From contig NC_043014.1 in assembly GCF_006345805.1 (NCBI RefSeq), positions 45,818,001 through 45,882,000 of the forward strand: a DNA stretch of 64,000 nt. The letters are read 5' to 3'. The DNA is from Octopus sinensis (lineage: Eukaryota). Position 1 is the first letter of the stretch, and each line of letters starts with the position of its first letter. The translations under genes and the position numbers were made by a program. Under the pieces are notes generated by a model that had not been told where the DNA came from, did not search any database, and was given only the letters and a program-made list of their open reading frames with translations. Positions 23,965 through 37,510 of the stretch are shown piece by piece.

Positions 23965-24112
23965 AACAGGCTTCTTTCAGTTTCCGTCGACCAAATCCAC
24001 CAACAAGGCTTCTGGTTGCCTGGAGGAGAGACATTTGTCCAAGTTGCCCCGCAGACGGACTGAACTCGAGACACTGTGTTTGGGAAGCAAACTTCTTATC
24101 ACACTGCCACAT
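23965..24112 (-). mobile_element. SINE family A 5' part, diverged
   Basis: Reverse-complement head directly abutting the plus copy at 24115. Confidence 0.65.
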
Positions 24113-24114
24113 AC

Positions 24115-24533
24115 AGGCGCAGGAGTGGCTTTGTGGTAAGTAGCTTGTTTACCAACCACATGGCACCTTGGGCAAGTGTCTTCTACTATAGCCTCGGGCC
24201 GACCAAAACCTTATGAGTGGATTTGGTAGACGGAAACTGAAAGAAGCCCGTAGTATATATGTATATATGTGTATGTATATATATATATATTATATATATA
24301 TATATATATATAGGATATGTGTGTGTGTGTGTGTCTGTGTTTGTCCCCCTAGCATTGCTTGACTACCGATGCTGGTGTGTTTATGTCCCCGTAACTAGCG
24401 GTTCGGCAAAACAGACCGATAGAATAAGTACTGAGCTTACAAAAAGAATAAGTCCCGGGGTCGAGTTTCTCAATTAAAAAAGGCGGTGCTCCAGCATGGC
24501 CGCAGTCAAATGACTGAAACAAGTAAAAGAGTA
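24115..24533 (+). mobile_element. SINE family A, full length
   Basis: Head with a small deletion, microsatellite, tail. Confidence 0.9.
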
Positions 24534-24702
24534 TACACACGCATACACACAAAGAAAGAAAGATGTACGAGCGAAAGAAAAGAATACTCAACACAGATCG
24601 TAAGAATTTATGTTTCTTTGTATTAACAGGAAGCTTGATGGAAGTTTTAAGTAAAGCAATCCGGCGTCAAATTGCTAACACAAACACGCGAACCAAACTC
24701 TT

Positions 24703-24733
<31 letters not shown>

Positions 24734-25465
24734 CACCGGTTATATTTATATAAGAATAAATATTTATGTATCCCGTAAGAAAGAAACAATCAGTTTGGTA
24801 AAGGCTTCTCCTCATCAATTTACACGCACGTACGCACATCTCTTGTTGTGTTGTTTGACAAAAGAGATTTGATCTAGAATCGCCTGTTAAAAAGACTTTG
24901 GCTGCCTGTTGACATATAATTCCAAACGGTTGTTTATTATTAGTTAAACATACACCAATTGTTATTTACTCAACCGTTTTCTTCCTTTTTTTCTTTTCCC
25001 ATAGATTATGTTAGACCATTTACAACCTAGTGTCATATATATTCCCCTATATATATTTTTTAGTATCTTTTAGTCACTGGACTGCGGCCAGTCTGGGGCA
25101 GAGGCTTGAAGGTGTTTTAGTTGAACAGATCGGCCCTGGCTCTTTTTTTTTTGTTTTTTGGTGGAGGTGGAAAAGAAAAGTCCGGTGCTTGTTCTGTCAG
25201 TCACTTTTACCTCACCTCTACGTTACGGGGAAGTAAACAAACCAATACCGGTTGTCGAGCAGTGGGAGTGGGGCAAACAAACACATATGTATAAATATAT
25301 AAAAATACACACACACACGATTGGCTTCCATACATTTTTAAGCTACGAAAGCTAAAACAAAAGTCTTTTCTACAATCCAAGCCAGACGTCTACAAAACGA
25401 TACGAGCAAACCGGAACAAATTTCATCAATTTGTTGATCTGTTATTAGAGTCAATGAAATATATA

Positions 25466-25866
25466 TCTTTATATATAAAAGTAAGGTTGTGTGTCTGTCT
25501 CCTACGATTTAGATTCCTAACTACTCCCACATTTTGCGGTGCAGTTTAACCAAAAGCGGGTATCTTATAGTCGTGATTCATATCGAGCCCTTCTTGGTAT
25601 TAGCGCGCGTCTACGATGAGTCTACGATTTAAAAATAAATTTACCATCATTTTTTTCCATTTTAATGCATTTTTTCGCTATTATATAAGGGAAGTAACTC
25701 TCTAAAAATGTCTACGATGAGTCAACGATTTAAAAAAAAATTTACCATCATTTTTTTTTCCATTTTTAATGCTTTTTTTTTTGCTATTTTTTGGCTATAA
25801 CTCTCTAAAAATGCTTATATAGTTATTTCCCTTACAAACCCGAGCAACGCCGGGCGATACTGCTAG
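25466..25866 (+). mobile_element. Non-autonomous Helitron
   Basis: 5' TC after A; 3' hairpin cccgagcaacgccggg (25839-25854) then CTAG before T; no TSD; internal ~100-bp tandem duplication. Confidence 0.85.
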
Positions 25867-25874
25867 TTATATAT

Positions 25875-26060
25875 AATTCGACGTGTGAAACCATTAATCC
25901 TGACACTTTTTTTTTTCTCCTCCCCATTTTCTTCCCTCATTCCTTTATGTTGAAAGTGCATAGGCTCGAAACGTTAAAGACCTTTCCATTTTTCCAAAGC
26001 GTCAAACTAATATACTTTCTTCGTCATTTCCTTACCTGTCTTTTGTACTCTTGAACCATG
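25875..26060 (+). mobile_element. Penelope-like terminal fragment, decayed
   Basis: Same layout as 6185-6378 with a degenerate hammerhead motif. Confidence 0.5.
25943..25979 (+). ncRNA. Decayed minimal hammerhead-like motif
   Basis: cttt/aaag stem I; core atgttga; stem II gtgc-atag-gctc (one mismatch); gaa-acgt-t. Confidence 0.4.
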
Positions 26061-26143
26061 TATGTGTGTGTGTGTGTGTGGTAAGAAGCTTGCTCCTCAA
26101 CCAAATGGTTCCGTGTTCAGTCCCACTACATACATAATGCATG

Positions 26144-26240
<97 letters not shown>

Positions 26241-26249
26241 CTGTGTGAA

Positions 26250-26620
26250 GAAGTTTGCTTCCTAACACATGGTTCTTGGTTCAGCCCCACTGCATAGCAC
26301 CTTGAGCAAGTGTTTTTTTTTTTTTACCATAGCATCCAGCCAACCAAAGGCTTGTGAATGGATTTGGTAGACGGAAACAGAAAGAAGCCAGTAGTATATA
26401 TATTATATATATGTGTGTGTGTGTGTGTGTTTGCTCATCATCGCTTGACTACTTGTGTTGGTTTGTTTATGCACCCATAACTTAGCGGTTCAGCAAAGCA
26501 ACCGATAGGATAAATACTAGGTCTAAAGACAAGTCTTGGGGTCAAATTGTTTGACAAAAACACTTCAAGCTGGTGCTCCAACATGGCCACAGTCAAATGA
26601 CTAAAACAAGTAAAAGAATA
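26250..26620 (+). mobile_element. SINE family A, diverged
   Basis: Head, microsatellite and tail recognisable. Confidence 0.75.
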
Positions 26621-27382
26621 AAAGGACACACATACACATTTATATATATATATATATACATACATACAAGCTGGCCCTGTGCCGTCAAAAACGATGGCTA
26701 ATTGTGGTATTTTATATATAAATATCGATGGTAAATCAAATTCATACACTTGTCAATGTTCACAAGCATACATATACTTCCCTTGTACACGCACGCACAT
26801 ATATTCACACAGAGTTGAAATGCTGTTTGATTTTCCATTTCGGTGTTGAAAGCTCACCATCCCACTACCACTTTGCCATCACCCCTCCCTTTCTCATTCA
26901 TGTGTTATGATGGAGAAAAACACAAGAGTATTATTATAGTAGATACCATGATGGTCTTCTGTAGCGTTTCTATCAACTGAGTGCTCTGACAAGTCCATTT
27001 GTCAGCCCAGTGATTTAGTGGAAAGCACTTACCGCAAATGCCATGTAATGGAACTAAACTCAAAACGATTCAACCATGTCTATAATTATACTGTTTTTTT
27101 TTTTGTTGTTATTTTAAATATTGACACTGACATACCTCTTAGCCGGACACTTAACTCTATATTCCTCAGTCTATTAATTTCCAGTTCTTGAAGAAATTTA
27201 CTGTTTTCTGAAGACTTATATCCTATATTTTTTCATCCACTTAACAACAGGAAGTTATAAAAACCTGAAAACCTCAAAAGTGCTGGGTTCAATATGAATT
27301 TACCAGGATCTCTTGGAGAATATTTCTACTGTTTCAAGCACACATTGACACAAGCTGTCATTCAAATCAAATGATTCCTTCT

Positions 27383-27775
27383 GCATGGCTGTGTGGTAAG
27401 GAACTTGCTTCCCAACCACATGGTTCCGGGTTCAGTCCCACTGCATGGCACCTTGGGCAAGTGTCTTCTACTATAGCCTCGGGCTGATCAAAGCCTTGTG
27501 AGTGGATATGGTATGGTAGATGGAAACTGAAAGAAGCTTGTTGTGTGTGCGTCTTTGTGTCTGTTTGTCCCCCTACTCCACCACGCATTGTTTGAAACTA
27601 GTGTCGGTGTGTTTACATCCCTGTAACTTAGCAGTTCAGCAAAAGAGACTGATAGAATAAGTACTAGGCTCGACTAAAAAGAAAACAGAGTCCTGCGATG
27701 TATTTGGTTGACGAAAACCCTTCGAGGAGGTGCCCCAGCATGGCCACAGTCTAATGACTGAAATGATGAAAAGGT
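27383..27775 (+). mobile_element. SINE family A, diverged
   Basis: Head, short microsatellite and tail recognisable. Confidence 0.75.
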
Positions 27776-29835
27776 ACAAGATCCACAAGATTTGAACTTA
27801 AAACATAAACGATCATAATTAAATGCTCCTGACGATTCTACAAACAATCTACCCACATCTTAATAGTCGAATATACCAATTCAGTATTTTACCGGGATTT
27901 TATTTTGGGACTCTAACGAAGGAAGGCGAAAGGCGAAGTCGATCCCATCCCGGCACGATTCTCTTAACTCAGACCTTGTTGTTATGTCATTGAGTAAATG
28001 CAGAGCACACGGCCTTTGTCCACCACTGTTCCACTGATTCTATCTTACCGTTTAATGTGTGTTTTTTCTATCAAGGAAACAGCTGTCACTGTAGATCTAA
28101 ATACACTGTGAAAGCAGTTTATATTGGTCTCCTTGCCAGACTTCAAAGTCACACAACACAGATCTTATCAAAGAATAATAATAATAATAATAGTGATAAG
28201 GATTTGTAAACAAAGGCGCAAGGCCACGAATTGGGAAGGGGACGATAATAATAATAATAATGATTATAATAATAAAAAAATTTTGACGAATAAAAAATAT
28301 TAAAAATCAGTAAATGGATAAATATATACAGTATATATTTTATCTTAGTAAGTTTATCTCAAATTTAATTTTGTGAAAAATTCTTATCAGTAAATCTATT
28401 AGATGACAGCTTTGCCCTGCAGCCAGGGTGCGCATGTGTGTGTGTGTGAGAGAGAGAGGGGGGAGGAGAGTAGGGTAGTAAGCAGGTGTGGGTGAACAAC
28501 AAAAAAATGGAGGGGTTATGCACTGGGATTAAGGGATGTTTTTTTTTTTTTTTTTTTTTTTAATGTGCCTAAGTAATAATGCCCGGGGAAGCAAGTCCCC
28601 ATCTTTGAAACTAATATGCCTTCTTTCTTTCTTTCTCTCTCTCTTTAAAATAATTGCCAAAATTGCAGTTATGCTATTATATTTTTATATGTGGAAAGCA
28701 GCATAAAGCAATCACACACACACACACACACACACACACTTTTATAGATCCTGAAGTTAAATCTAAATGTGAGAGAGAAAAAAAAGTGAGAGGTGGAGTG
28801 AAAATAAAAATAAAAATAATTTGATAAAAAATATTGATGGCAAATCATATTTTGAATCCCCCCCCTCCACACACACACATATGTACCAAGACACACAGCT
28901 TCGTTAAAATTGGTTGTATGTGGTTCAATGAATAAATACAAAGGAAACTTTGGTTTGGCACTGCAGCAATAGGTGTACAGAATGTAGTGTTGGTGGTGGC
29001 AGTAGAGGTAGATGTATTCCAATGACAGCATGGAACAACGAATTTTCCCCCCCCCGTTTTTAAAAAAATTTTTATAGCAATAGTAACATTGATAAGGACC
29101 AAGAGAGCCAGAAGTGTGCATGTGTGTGAAGGGGAGAAATGGGTCAACTAGGCCAGTCTGCTAGAAAGAAAAGAACTGATGACAGGGGAAAATAGGTTGG
29201 AAATGATGGAGAAGTCAAGGTCTGACACTGCGATATCAAAGACATAAGAGAAATGAATTTAGAGAAGAGGGGAGAACGGGGATGGAGAAGGAAAAAAGGA
29301 GAGAGTATAAGAAGGGTTAGGTGTAGATAGATTGGTAAATAGATAGAGAGAGAGGGGGTTGTTTAAGCATAAGAATATAAAGTTAGTATATAAAGAGGGA
29401 TGAAGAGAGCAGGGCAATCAGAAGAAAGGAAGGTAAAGCTAGAGGAAAGAGAGACAGATGGTAAATAGGGAGAAATGGAAAGGAAAAAGAGGAGGAGAAA
29501 GAAGGAAAAGGAGAGGAGAGAAAGATGGATAATGGTGATAAAAGGAGTGTAAACAATTGGTTTATGAAACCAAGGGTTTTGCTCAGTTTCAAAAAAAATT
29601 ATATTTTGATGTTATTTTGTATTTGGAAGAATGGGTAAAATGGCTGTGGGATAGTGGACGAGCTGGTTTGACGGTTGTGGGAGAAGCTGGGTTTGACGGT
29701 CAAGGGAGAGAGAGAGAGAGAGAATGGGCTGCTTTGGTTGTTAGAGCATGAACAGACTGGTTGGTTGTAGTAGAGCGAACAAGATGCTTTAACCCTTTAG
29801 TATTCAAATTACTCTGACAAATGTAAAGCTTATTT

Positions 29836-30186
29836 ATTACCTCCACCTTCGTGAAGTCGGAGGTATTGTTTTCAGTTGTGTTTGTTTGTCTGTGGACAAG
29901 ATACCTCAAGAACTGCTGGATAGATTCGGATAAAACTTTCAGGGATGTCTGGCCTCATGACTGGCACAAACTGATTAGATTTTGGGATCAATCCGATACC
30001 GGATAAGGATCCTGGATTATTTTTCTCTTTTTTTTTTTTTTTTACTTAATTTTTTAGTGTGGTCATGTTCATTTTTAATATTCTCGTTTGTGAGAGCTGT
30101 CGAGTTTATTTCAGATATTCTCATTTTTAAAACCATCTCTGGCTAATCGTTGAGAGGACATTGATGTTATCTCTAGGCATTTCGAC
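29836..30186 (+). mobile_element. Helentron-like non-autonomous element
   Basis: Starts attacctccacc...ggaggtattgttttc (short terminal inverted repeat) followed by gtttgtttgtctgt; homologous to 57003-57190. Confidence 0.55.
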
Positions 30187-30194
30187 CGATAATA

Positions 30195-30352
30195 ATAATA
30201 CTGTTCAGTTCTATACCTTAAGAATGAGAACCCAAGTTCGAAATTTCCCCAAGACACCTGATGAAGGCTGGAGGGTATATCAGCCGAAACGTTGTGTTAA
30301 CAACAAACAAGATGAGGACAAATATCCGTCAAATGTAAATAATGTAAATAAA
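30195..30352 (+). mobile_element. Penelope-like terminal fragment
   Basis: Contains an intact hammerhead core; ends in repeated aatgtaaata. Confidence 0.6.
30253..30298 (+). ncRNA. Minimal type-I hammerhead ribozyme, intact core
   Basis: Stem I gacac/gtgtt; CUGAUGA+A; stem II ggctg/cagcc; GAA; palindromic stem III ACGU; predicted cleavage after GUU (30293). Confidence 0.75.
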
Positions 30353-30724
30353 GCTGTTGTTGTCACGAACAGAAATTCTTGCTGGATATAACAAATAGGT
30401 TTTAAGACTTTTGGTAGTTTATAAATGATGAAACATTTGAAATATGAGCGAAGATTACATAATGATAGTAATGATAATGATGGTGGTGTGTGTAGCATTT
30501 AAGTAAGATGACGGTGATAGAGATATAATAATAGAGCTGAATTTTACTATGGTGATGACAAAAACCAACAATTCTATAAAGACACAAACAGCATCAGAAA
30601 AAATCTGTTTTGTTTTATTTTTAACTTTTAAAAAAAATAATAATAAAATGAAATGAAAATAAAAAAAATAAAACAAAAAGACATCTGAATCAACTCTGAT
30701 AACACTTTACATCCTCTCTCTCTC

Positions 30725-30999
30725 TTTCTCATACATATATATACATATACACATATACATACATACACATATACACATATATACACACACATATATACAT
30801 ATATACACACACATATATACATATATACACACACATATATACATATATACACACATATATACATATATACACACATATATACATATATACACACATATAT
30901 ACATATATACACATATATACATATATACACATATACACACATACACAATATACACATATACACACATACACATATATACACATATACATATATATATAC

Positions 31000-31032
<33 letters not shown>

Positions 31033-31330
31033 TATACATATATATATACATATATACACATACACATATATATATATACATATATACACATACACATATA
31101 CATATATATATACATATATACACATACACATATACATATATATATACATATATACATACATATACACATATACATATATACACATACACATATACACATA
31201 CATATACACACACATATACACACACACACACACATACACACACACATATACACACATACACACATACATATACACACACATACATATATATATATAACAC
31301 ACACACACACACACATGCATATACATATAC
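30725..31330. repeat. Compound (TA)/(CA) microsatellite
   Basis: Alternating purine-pyrimidine tract with about 20-bp recurring units. Confidence 0.95.
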
Positions 31331-31958
31331 GTTGATATACATACACTCACATGAATGCCTGTATGAAAGAAGGCCTTTGTGATACCACATGAAGTGGAGT
31401 TGCAGAGAGTAAGAAACAGTACCAAATTGACTCCAATGTAGTAGATATTTTGCTGTAATAATGTGTTAACCCCCACCGCCCCCCCAAAAAAAAACAACAA
31501 CAACAACACAACATCACCATAATGGAACTGTTACAGACTGTCTTGGGGTCTAGTTTACTACTGAAGAATTTTAGCTTGAACCAAACTCAGAAACCACCAA
31601 CAGAGTGAAGTGAGGTCACAATAGTCTAGTCTCAGTTAGGAAGTTTGGGCAGATTTATCTCGGAAATAGGTTAAAAGAGAACAAAAAGATGGCGAGCCGA
31701 CAATCAACAGCAGCAAGGAAGTTTTATGAAGACATGTTGGAAAGAAAGAGAGAGAGAGAGAGAGAAAGAGAGAAATGCATTATCTGAGCCACTGAAAATG
31801 CTAGAAATAGCAGCCAGTATTTAATCCTTTCGCATTTAACCCATAAAGCACTGGGGGGTTTGCACTTACATGGCATGGACTGCTCAGCATATTTTATGAA
31901 AATGAGACTACCATGCACACATAAAAAACAAAAAAAAAAATAGTTAAAATATCTTCTT

Positions 31959-32352
31959 AGGTGTAGGAGTGGCTGTGTGGTAAGTAGCTTGCTAACCAGC
32001 CACATGGTTCCGGGGCTTCTACCATAGCCCCGGGCCGACAAATGCCTTGTGAGTGGGTTTGGTAGACGGAAACTGAAAGAAACCTGTCATATATATGTGT
32101 ATATATATATGTATGTGTGTTTGTTTGTTTTGTGTCTGTGTTTGTCCCCCTAGCATTGCTTGACAACCGATGCTGGTGTGTTTATGTCCCTGTCACTTAG
32201 CGGTTCGGCAAAAGAGACTGATAGAATAAGTACTGGGCTTACAAAAAGAATAAGTCCCGGGGTCGATTTGCTCGATTAAAGGTGGTGCTCCAGCATGGCC
32301 GCAGTCAAGTGACTGAAACAAGTAAAAGAGTAAAAGAGAGTAAAAGAGTATA
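31959..32352 (+). mobile_element. SINE family A, full length
   Basis: Head with an internal deletion, microsatellite, tail with (GAGTAAAA)n. Confidence 0.88.
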
Positions 32353-33014
32353 TACCGTGGCAAGTTTTACATCCTCTGGAAAGTCATTAGTTGAATAATT
32401 AGTCCTCTTGCATTCGGGGGGGGGGGCATCGGAGCATTTGAGTGACATTAGACCCCAACAAACGCCCATAAATTAAATGCATCTATCTGGGCCATGATCG
32501 TGGCCTGTCGATCTGTACCTGATGGCCACAATCGTGGCCTGTCATGCTTTATGTGTTAAACCAGTCACGTCTGGCCCAAATATTCTACTTGGACAAAATG
32601 CTAAGTGGCATTTCTCCTAGCTCTACATTCTGAGTTCAAATTCCATTAAGGTTGACTTTGCTCATTATCCTTTCAAGATCAATAAAGCAAGCGCCAGCTG
32701 TGCTCTAGGGTTGATGTAGTAATCTACAAGCCCTGTTCCCCTAAACTTCAGGCCTTGCACCTACAATAGAAAAAGTTATTCTTATTTTCAATATCGTATG
32801 GCATTTTGCCACAGGCTTTTATGCTCTAAGTTTAAACCCTGAAGGTTACCTTTGCCTTTCATCTCTCTGGGGTAAATTGAACAATGTACCAGTCAGGTAT
32901 TGGAGTCAATTTAATGAACTAACCTTCTCTAAATCTCAGGCCCTGTGCCTGAATGAGAAACCATAAATATTATTATTATTATCATTATTATTATTGTTAT
33001 TATTATTATTATTG

Positions 33015-33392
33015 AGCAAGAGTGGTTGTGTGGTAAGATGCTTGCTTCCCAACCACATGGTTCTAGGTTCAGTCTCACTGTGTGGTACCTTGGCCAAGTG
33101 CCTTCTACTATAGCTTCGGGCTGACCAAAACTTTGCGAGTGGATTTGGTAGATGGAAACTGAAAGAAGCCCATCATATATGTGTGTGTGTGTTTGCGTCT
33201 GTCCCTCCACCATTGCTTGACAATTGCTGTTGGTATGCTTATATTCCTGTAACTTAGCGGTTCAGCAAAAGAGGCTGATAGAATAAGTACTAGGCTTACA
33301 AAGCATAAGTCCTGAGGTTGATTTGTTTGACTAAAGGCGGTGCACCAGCATGGCCACAGTCAAATGACTGAAACAATAAAAGAATAAAAGAA
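33015..33392 (+). mobile_element. SINE family A, diverged
   Basis: Head, short microsatellite, tail. Confidence 0.8.
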
Positions 33393-33688
33393 AAGGTGGC
33401 TGCAGTGTAATGATGATCAGATATTTAGAAAAAAAACAGAAGGCATAATTTTCACATATAGCTCACAATTTAATTGTGCTCAGCAGCTGTTTCATTGACA
33501 TTAAACAAGGTAATATAATTATGTAATTGAGGTACATAATTTAAAAGTGATTTTACCATATTGTTAGCTTGTTTATATATTAATCTTCTCTCTATATATA
33601 GATGCATAAGAGTGTATGTGCATGTATATAGATATGGAGATAAGTTTTATCTATCTATCTATCTGTCTGTCTGTATCAGTATAATATA

Positions 33689-33734
<46 letters not shown>

Positions 33735-33737
<3 letters not shown>

Positions 33738-33987
33738 CGTATACATTCGATGCTTTTTTCCAAGGAATCTAATGCTCTTAGCTTAGTTTTTTCCTTGGGG
33801 CTGGCCAGATTGGAGCAATCTCAAGATTAATCAGCCGAAATTGCGAAGATGATCTGGTTCTTGACTGAAGATAAAAGGCTTCGAATGACCCGTCTGTGTT
33901 TTTTTGTATCGTCTATCTGGATGTTTTGTTGTCCCTTTTGTATCACCTAGTTGTCCGGATGTTTTGCGTTCTTGTCCCATTTTGCAT
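33735..33987 (+). mobile_element. Element inserted in (TA)n, possibly Penelope-like
   Basis: (TA)n on both sides; ggctg...cagcc-gaaa hairpin resembles hammerhead stem II but the core is missing. Confidence 0.4.
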
Positions 33988-33988
33988 T

Positions 33989-34022
<34 letters not shown>

Positions 34023-34289
34023 TACACAAATCTATTATCTGTCAGTCTTATATATCTAAGTAGATCAGACAAATTAACTCAGTGTAAACATAGAAGTTTC
34101 AGGATAAAATTTAAACATCTTAAAGGAAGGAATGAAATAATGAGCGGGGAATAAACCCCAAACACCATGGCAGTGTGATAGACACATCAGTGGCATATCA
34201 CTGATTCAGTGATGAGCAGGAGAGGCGGGGGAGATAAAACTCCAGAGTATTCTTCCCACTTAACGCTTAAGTAGATGAGCAGAAGACAA

Positions 34290-34563
34290 TCACTTTAAGT
34301 GATGGCTTATAATAATAATAATAATAATAATAATGATAATAATAATAATGATAATAATAATGATAATAATAATAATAAATAAAAATAATGATAATAATAA
34401 TAATAATAATAATAAAAATAATGATGATAATAATGATAATAATAATGATAATAATAATAAATAAAAATAATGATAATAATAATAATAATAAATGATGATG
34501 ATAATAATAAAAATAATGATAATAATAATAAAAATAATGATAATAATAATAATAATAATAATG
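34290..34563. repeat. (TAA)n/(TGA) trinucleotide array
   Basis: Directly visible. Confidence 0.95.
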
Positions 34564-35080
34564 ATCAAGTATAAGAGTAATTAGTTCAAACTGCATTGCC
34601 TTTAACTACTGCCCCAGCCAGGGTCATCATCATTATCATCATCATCATCTGCATCCCGTCTCCTCTTTCAAACCGTCTACCCCCACCCAACCAACCAAAC
34701 CATAATGAAAAGGATCTTGCAGCCTGCTGCTACTGTTGTTGCTGCTGCTGCTGCCGTAGAGGGAATTGCATAGAAATAGGCATAAAAATAAGGATAATGT
34801 CTTGTTCGGTTCTTTCAGAAAGCATGAAAACAGAAAATAAATAAATAAATAAATAGATATCAGAAGGCATGGTAGTAATAATATTAATCACCATAATGAT
34901 GTTAGTAACAATTAGTATGCTTCATTAAAATAATATGTACATGCATACAAAGACACATACATGCATGCATACACATATATACATACACACACATACACAC
35001 ATACACATATATACATACACACACATACACACTTGTAAATTATCATTTTAATTCTCCACTTTGCTATTTAAGAATATATA

Positions 35081-35450
35081 CTTTTACTTGTTTCAGTCAC
35101 TTGACTGCGGTCATGCTGGAGCACCACCTTTAGTCGAGCAAATCGACCCCAGGACTTACTCTTTAGTAAGCCTAGCACTTATTCTATCGGTCTCTTTTGC
35201 CGAACCGCTAAGTTTCGGGGACGTAGACACAATAGCATCGGTTGTCAAGCGATATTGGGGGGACAAACACAGACACACAAACACACACATATACATATAT
35301 ACGACAGGCTTCTTTCAGTTTCCGTCTGCCAAACCCACTCACAAGGCTTTGGTCGGCCCGAGGAGAAGACACTTGCCCAAGATGCCACGCAGTGGGACTG
35401 AACCCGTAACCATGTGGTTGGTAAGCAAGTTACTTACCACACAGCCACTC
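35081..35450 (-). mobile_element. SINE family A, full length
   Basis: Head, microsatellite, tail. Confidence 0.88.
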
Positions 35451-36019
35451 CCCCTAATTTCAACCCTTATAACTATAGTGGAAAGGATAGGATATTATTA
35501 TTATTATTAAATAAGAGAAAGGATCCTGATATTAGAAATCATCAGCTATATTTATATTTACCCCTTCAGCAAATAAACCATAATAATAATAATAATAATA
35601 ATTATTATTATTATTATTATTATTGTTATTATTATCCCTGTCAGTTGTATCAGCCTTTAAAACATACTCACAAGAGATTAACAGATTTCATTTGCAAACG
35701 GGGGTCTAATGACTCATTAGAGTTTAATAGAAACAGCATCAAGTGAAGGATGTTTTTTCTTTTTGATTTTAAGACCTTACAATCTCTTAATTAATGAGAT
35801 CAGAACAGAGAAACATTACACATACAGACTGACCTTAAGGGCCTCTGGTGCTTATTTGTATTGAAGCGCTAGAAATGCTTACAAGATACACAGCTTCCAC
35901 AAGCTTAATCCCTCTAAAACAGCTAAACGATTTCACTTAATCTCCTCCCACTCACACCCCACCTTCTCCTTCACTCCCTCTCTCCAGGTGTAGTTTCTTA
36001 ATTCTACACACACACATAC

Positions 36020-36207
36020 ATCTATCTATATCTATCTCTATCTATCTATTTATCTATCTCTATCTATCTATCTATCTCTATCCATCCATCCATCTATCTA
36101 TCTATCCATCCATCTCTATCTATCTATATCTATCTATCCATCCATCTCTATCAATATCTATCGATCTATCTATCTATCTCTATTTATCTATATATATCTA
36201 TCTATCT
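36020..36207. repeat. (CTAT)n/(CCAT)n microsatellite
   Basis: Directly visible. Confidence 0.95.
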
Positions 36208-36407
36208 CCCTCCCTCCAAAGTTAGGGAATGGAGTAGATAACATCCAGGTTACATGTTTTTTCATCTTATTGAATTTCAATACGGGAAAAATTTACAACC
36301 TTCTTTGTCAATAAACCATTATTGTTTCTGAAAGTTGATTTTTATACCTTCTACAGACTGCTTGAAGCGTACTACCTTCCTACACCTTGCTCCTTGGATC
36401 TTACCTT

Positions 36408-36439
<32 letters not shown>

Positions 36440-36642
36440 TATAAATATAAGCTTTCATCTTTAACTTGTTTCTCAGTCATTGGGCTACGGCCATACTGGA
36501 GCACCACTCAGAAGGGTTTAGCTAAATGAATGAATTCCAGTATTCATCCCATTTGTCACCTTGGCAGGACTACAAAGTTACAGCGACATAAACAAACTAA
36601 CACTGGTTGTCAAGTGGTAGTGGGACAAACAACACAAACAGT

Positions 36643-36682
<40 letters not shown>

Positions 36683-37510
36683 TAGCCGCCTTTCAGTTTC
36701 CATCTACCAAATCTACTCACAAGACATTGGTTGGTCTGTGGCTATAGTAGAAAAGACATTTGTTCAAGGTGCCGTGCAGTGGGATTGAACTCAAGACCAC
36801 AGCTTCGAAAAGCAAGCTTATCAACCACACAAACCACTTATTTTCTGCATGTGTGGGAATTTTCTTTTTCTGATTAATGTTTGTGTTCCATTTTCATATT
36901 TTATTTAGAAAATATTATTTATTCCTCCCCGGTTCTCCCCTCAGCCCCATCTTCCCCCCCTAAACACTAACCTCTTTGCATCGCTGAACTCTATGAATAT
37001 TACAACAAAAACGTATAAAAATAAAATTAAGCAAAATAAAATACCTGTTTGATACAAAAAAAAAAATAATAATAATAAATAAGGTAGTACAATTAGTCAT
37101 CAGCATAAAGGGAGGTGGGTGTATTCATTATCTGTCAACCTAATTTCAATATTTAAAAAACGTGCACGACTCTCACTCGAGTGTAGCCTGAAAGTTTTAG
37201 TGAGTGTGCGAGAATAAGTGTGAATGTGAGAATATTTGTATTTTTTATTTCTTTTATTTGTTTTTTCTGCCGGAGCTGCGTGGAGCTTAGGTGTTTCGCT
37301 CATAAATACACATCGCCCGGTCGGAAATTCGAACCCACGATCCCTCGACCGCTGCTCTAACCACTAGGCCTTGTGCCTACACCGTAACATTATTGGCGAC
37401 GAGATATTCAAAATATCCCCGAAGATATAATAACAAAGTGTGACAGGCTGGATCTGGCCAGTTTTAACATTAGGACAGGTAAAATATTCAAGCTGGATAT
37501 TTTTTTAATT

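Noticed and set aside
31689-31792. aagATGGCG start of a short ORF (MASRQSTAARKFYEDMLERK…)
   Set aside because: About 35 codons, runs into (GA)n, no donor site or homology.
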